NCBI GenBank assembly: GCA_023229525.1
Contig: JALNZC010000018.1
Coordinates: 4,242-68,241 of the forward strand
DNA from: Bacteroidales bacterium
GTDB taxonomy: Bacteria; Bacteroidota; Bacteroidia; Bacteroidales; FEN-979
Length of the DNA: 64,000 bases
Reading direction: 5' to 3'
Positions 63,649-64,000 of the stretch are shown here, piece after piece. The notes beneath the pieces are model-generated. The model searched no databases and was not told where the DNA came from. It saw only the letters and a list, made by a program, of their open reading frames with translations. The position numbers were made by a program, and so were the translations under genes. Numbering within the stretch: the stretch's first letter is position 1; the number at the start of each line of letters is the position of its first letter.

Positions 63649-64000
63649 GCGCAAGTTGCAAGTTGCGGGTGAGATGGCGAGATGGTGAGATGGTGAGATG
63701 GTGAAATGGTGAGATGGTGAGATGGTGAAATGGTGAGATGGTGAGATGGTGAAATGGTGAAATGGTGAAATGGTGAGATGGTGAGATCGTGAGAATAGTG
63801 AGATGGTGAGATGGTGAGATGGTGAAATGGTGAGATGGTGAAATGGTGAAATGGTGAGATGGTGAGATGGTGAGATGGTGAGATGGTGAGATGGTGAAAT
63901 GGTGAGATGGTGAGATGGTGAGATGGTGAAATGGTGAGATCGTGAGAATAGTGAGATGGTGATAAGGTAAACTGGCGAATTGACGAACTGGCGAAATTAT
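63649..64000 (+). repeat. family H units followed by the longest family E octamer array (about 40 units; truncated by the window end)
   Basis: gcgcaagttgcaagttgcgggtg, then gagatggt/gaaatggt units from 63671. The variant doublet gagatcgt-gagaatagt occurs at 63783 and 63936. Degenerate gaactggc/gaattgac units lie at the end. Confidence 0.9.

Noticed and set aside
63671-64000. Possible CRISPR array, given the regular short repeats over more than 300 nt. The same question applies to 42453-42620 and 51538-51708.
   Set aside because: The units are 7-8 nt and directly abutting. There are no unique spacers and no 24-48-nt repeat, and no cas genes are present in the window.
1-64000. tRNA, rRNA, tmRNA and known riboswitches (TPP near thiL/dxs, cobalamin near the B12-rSAM gene).
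   Set aside because: Scanning the intergenic regions by eye found no T-loop (GGTTCGAATCC-like) context, no rRNA-like stretches, and no TPP (CUGAGA...ACCUGA) or B12-box cores. A covariance-model scan would be needed to be sure.

Overview
This 64-kb chromosomal segment looks like a Bacteroidota-type genome. The evidence is five proteins with T9SS C-terminal sorting domains, TAnnTTTG -7 promoter boxes, no Shine-Dalgarno sequences, and lipoprotein signals. I call about 50 protein genes. I saw no rRNA, tRNA, CRISPR array, transposase or integrase.

The left 46 kb is mostly housekeeping: biotin carboxylase plus carrier protein, an MsbA-like ABC exporter, rbfA, manA, dxs, a sufBCD-S-E cluster, thiL, ltaE, a prolyl oligopeptidase and pdxB. 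Mixed in are a class D (OXA-type) beta-lactamase, an orphan B12-binding radical SAM gene and a frameshifted alpha/beta hydrolase.

The right 18 kb (46.8-63.6 kb) is an accessory-looking surface/secretion locus. It holds two tandem endonuclease-I paralogs (one with a lamin-tail domain) and a 446-aa repeat protein. It also holds a 2251-aa internally duplicated beta-helix protein, an 84-aa protein with a PEP-CTERM-like tail, and a membrane-linked AraC regulator.

The most unusual signal is non-coding. At least eight families of 7-8-nt tandem arrays, about 2 kb in total by hand count, fill most of the larger intergenic spacers and usually begin at or next to a stop codon. They form composite intercistronic elements inside operons. 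In three places they have been absorbed into coding sequence. A roughly 120-nt dispersed MITE/REP-like element (4 full copies plus 1 partial, all in the same orientation) is also present.

All calls rest on by-eye motif recognition. No searches or folding programs were run.
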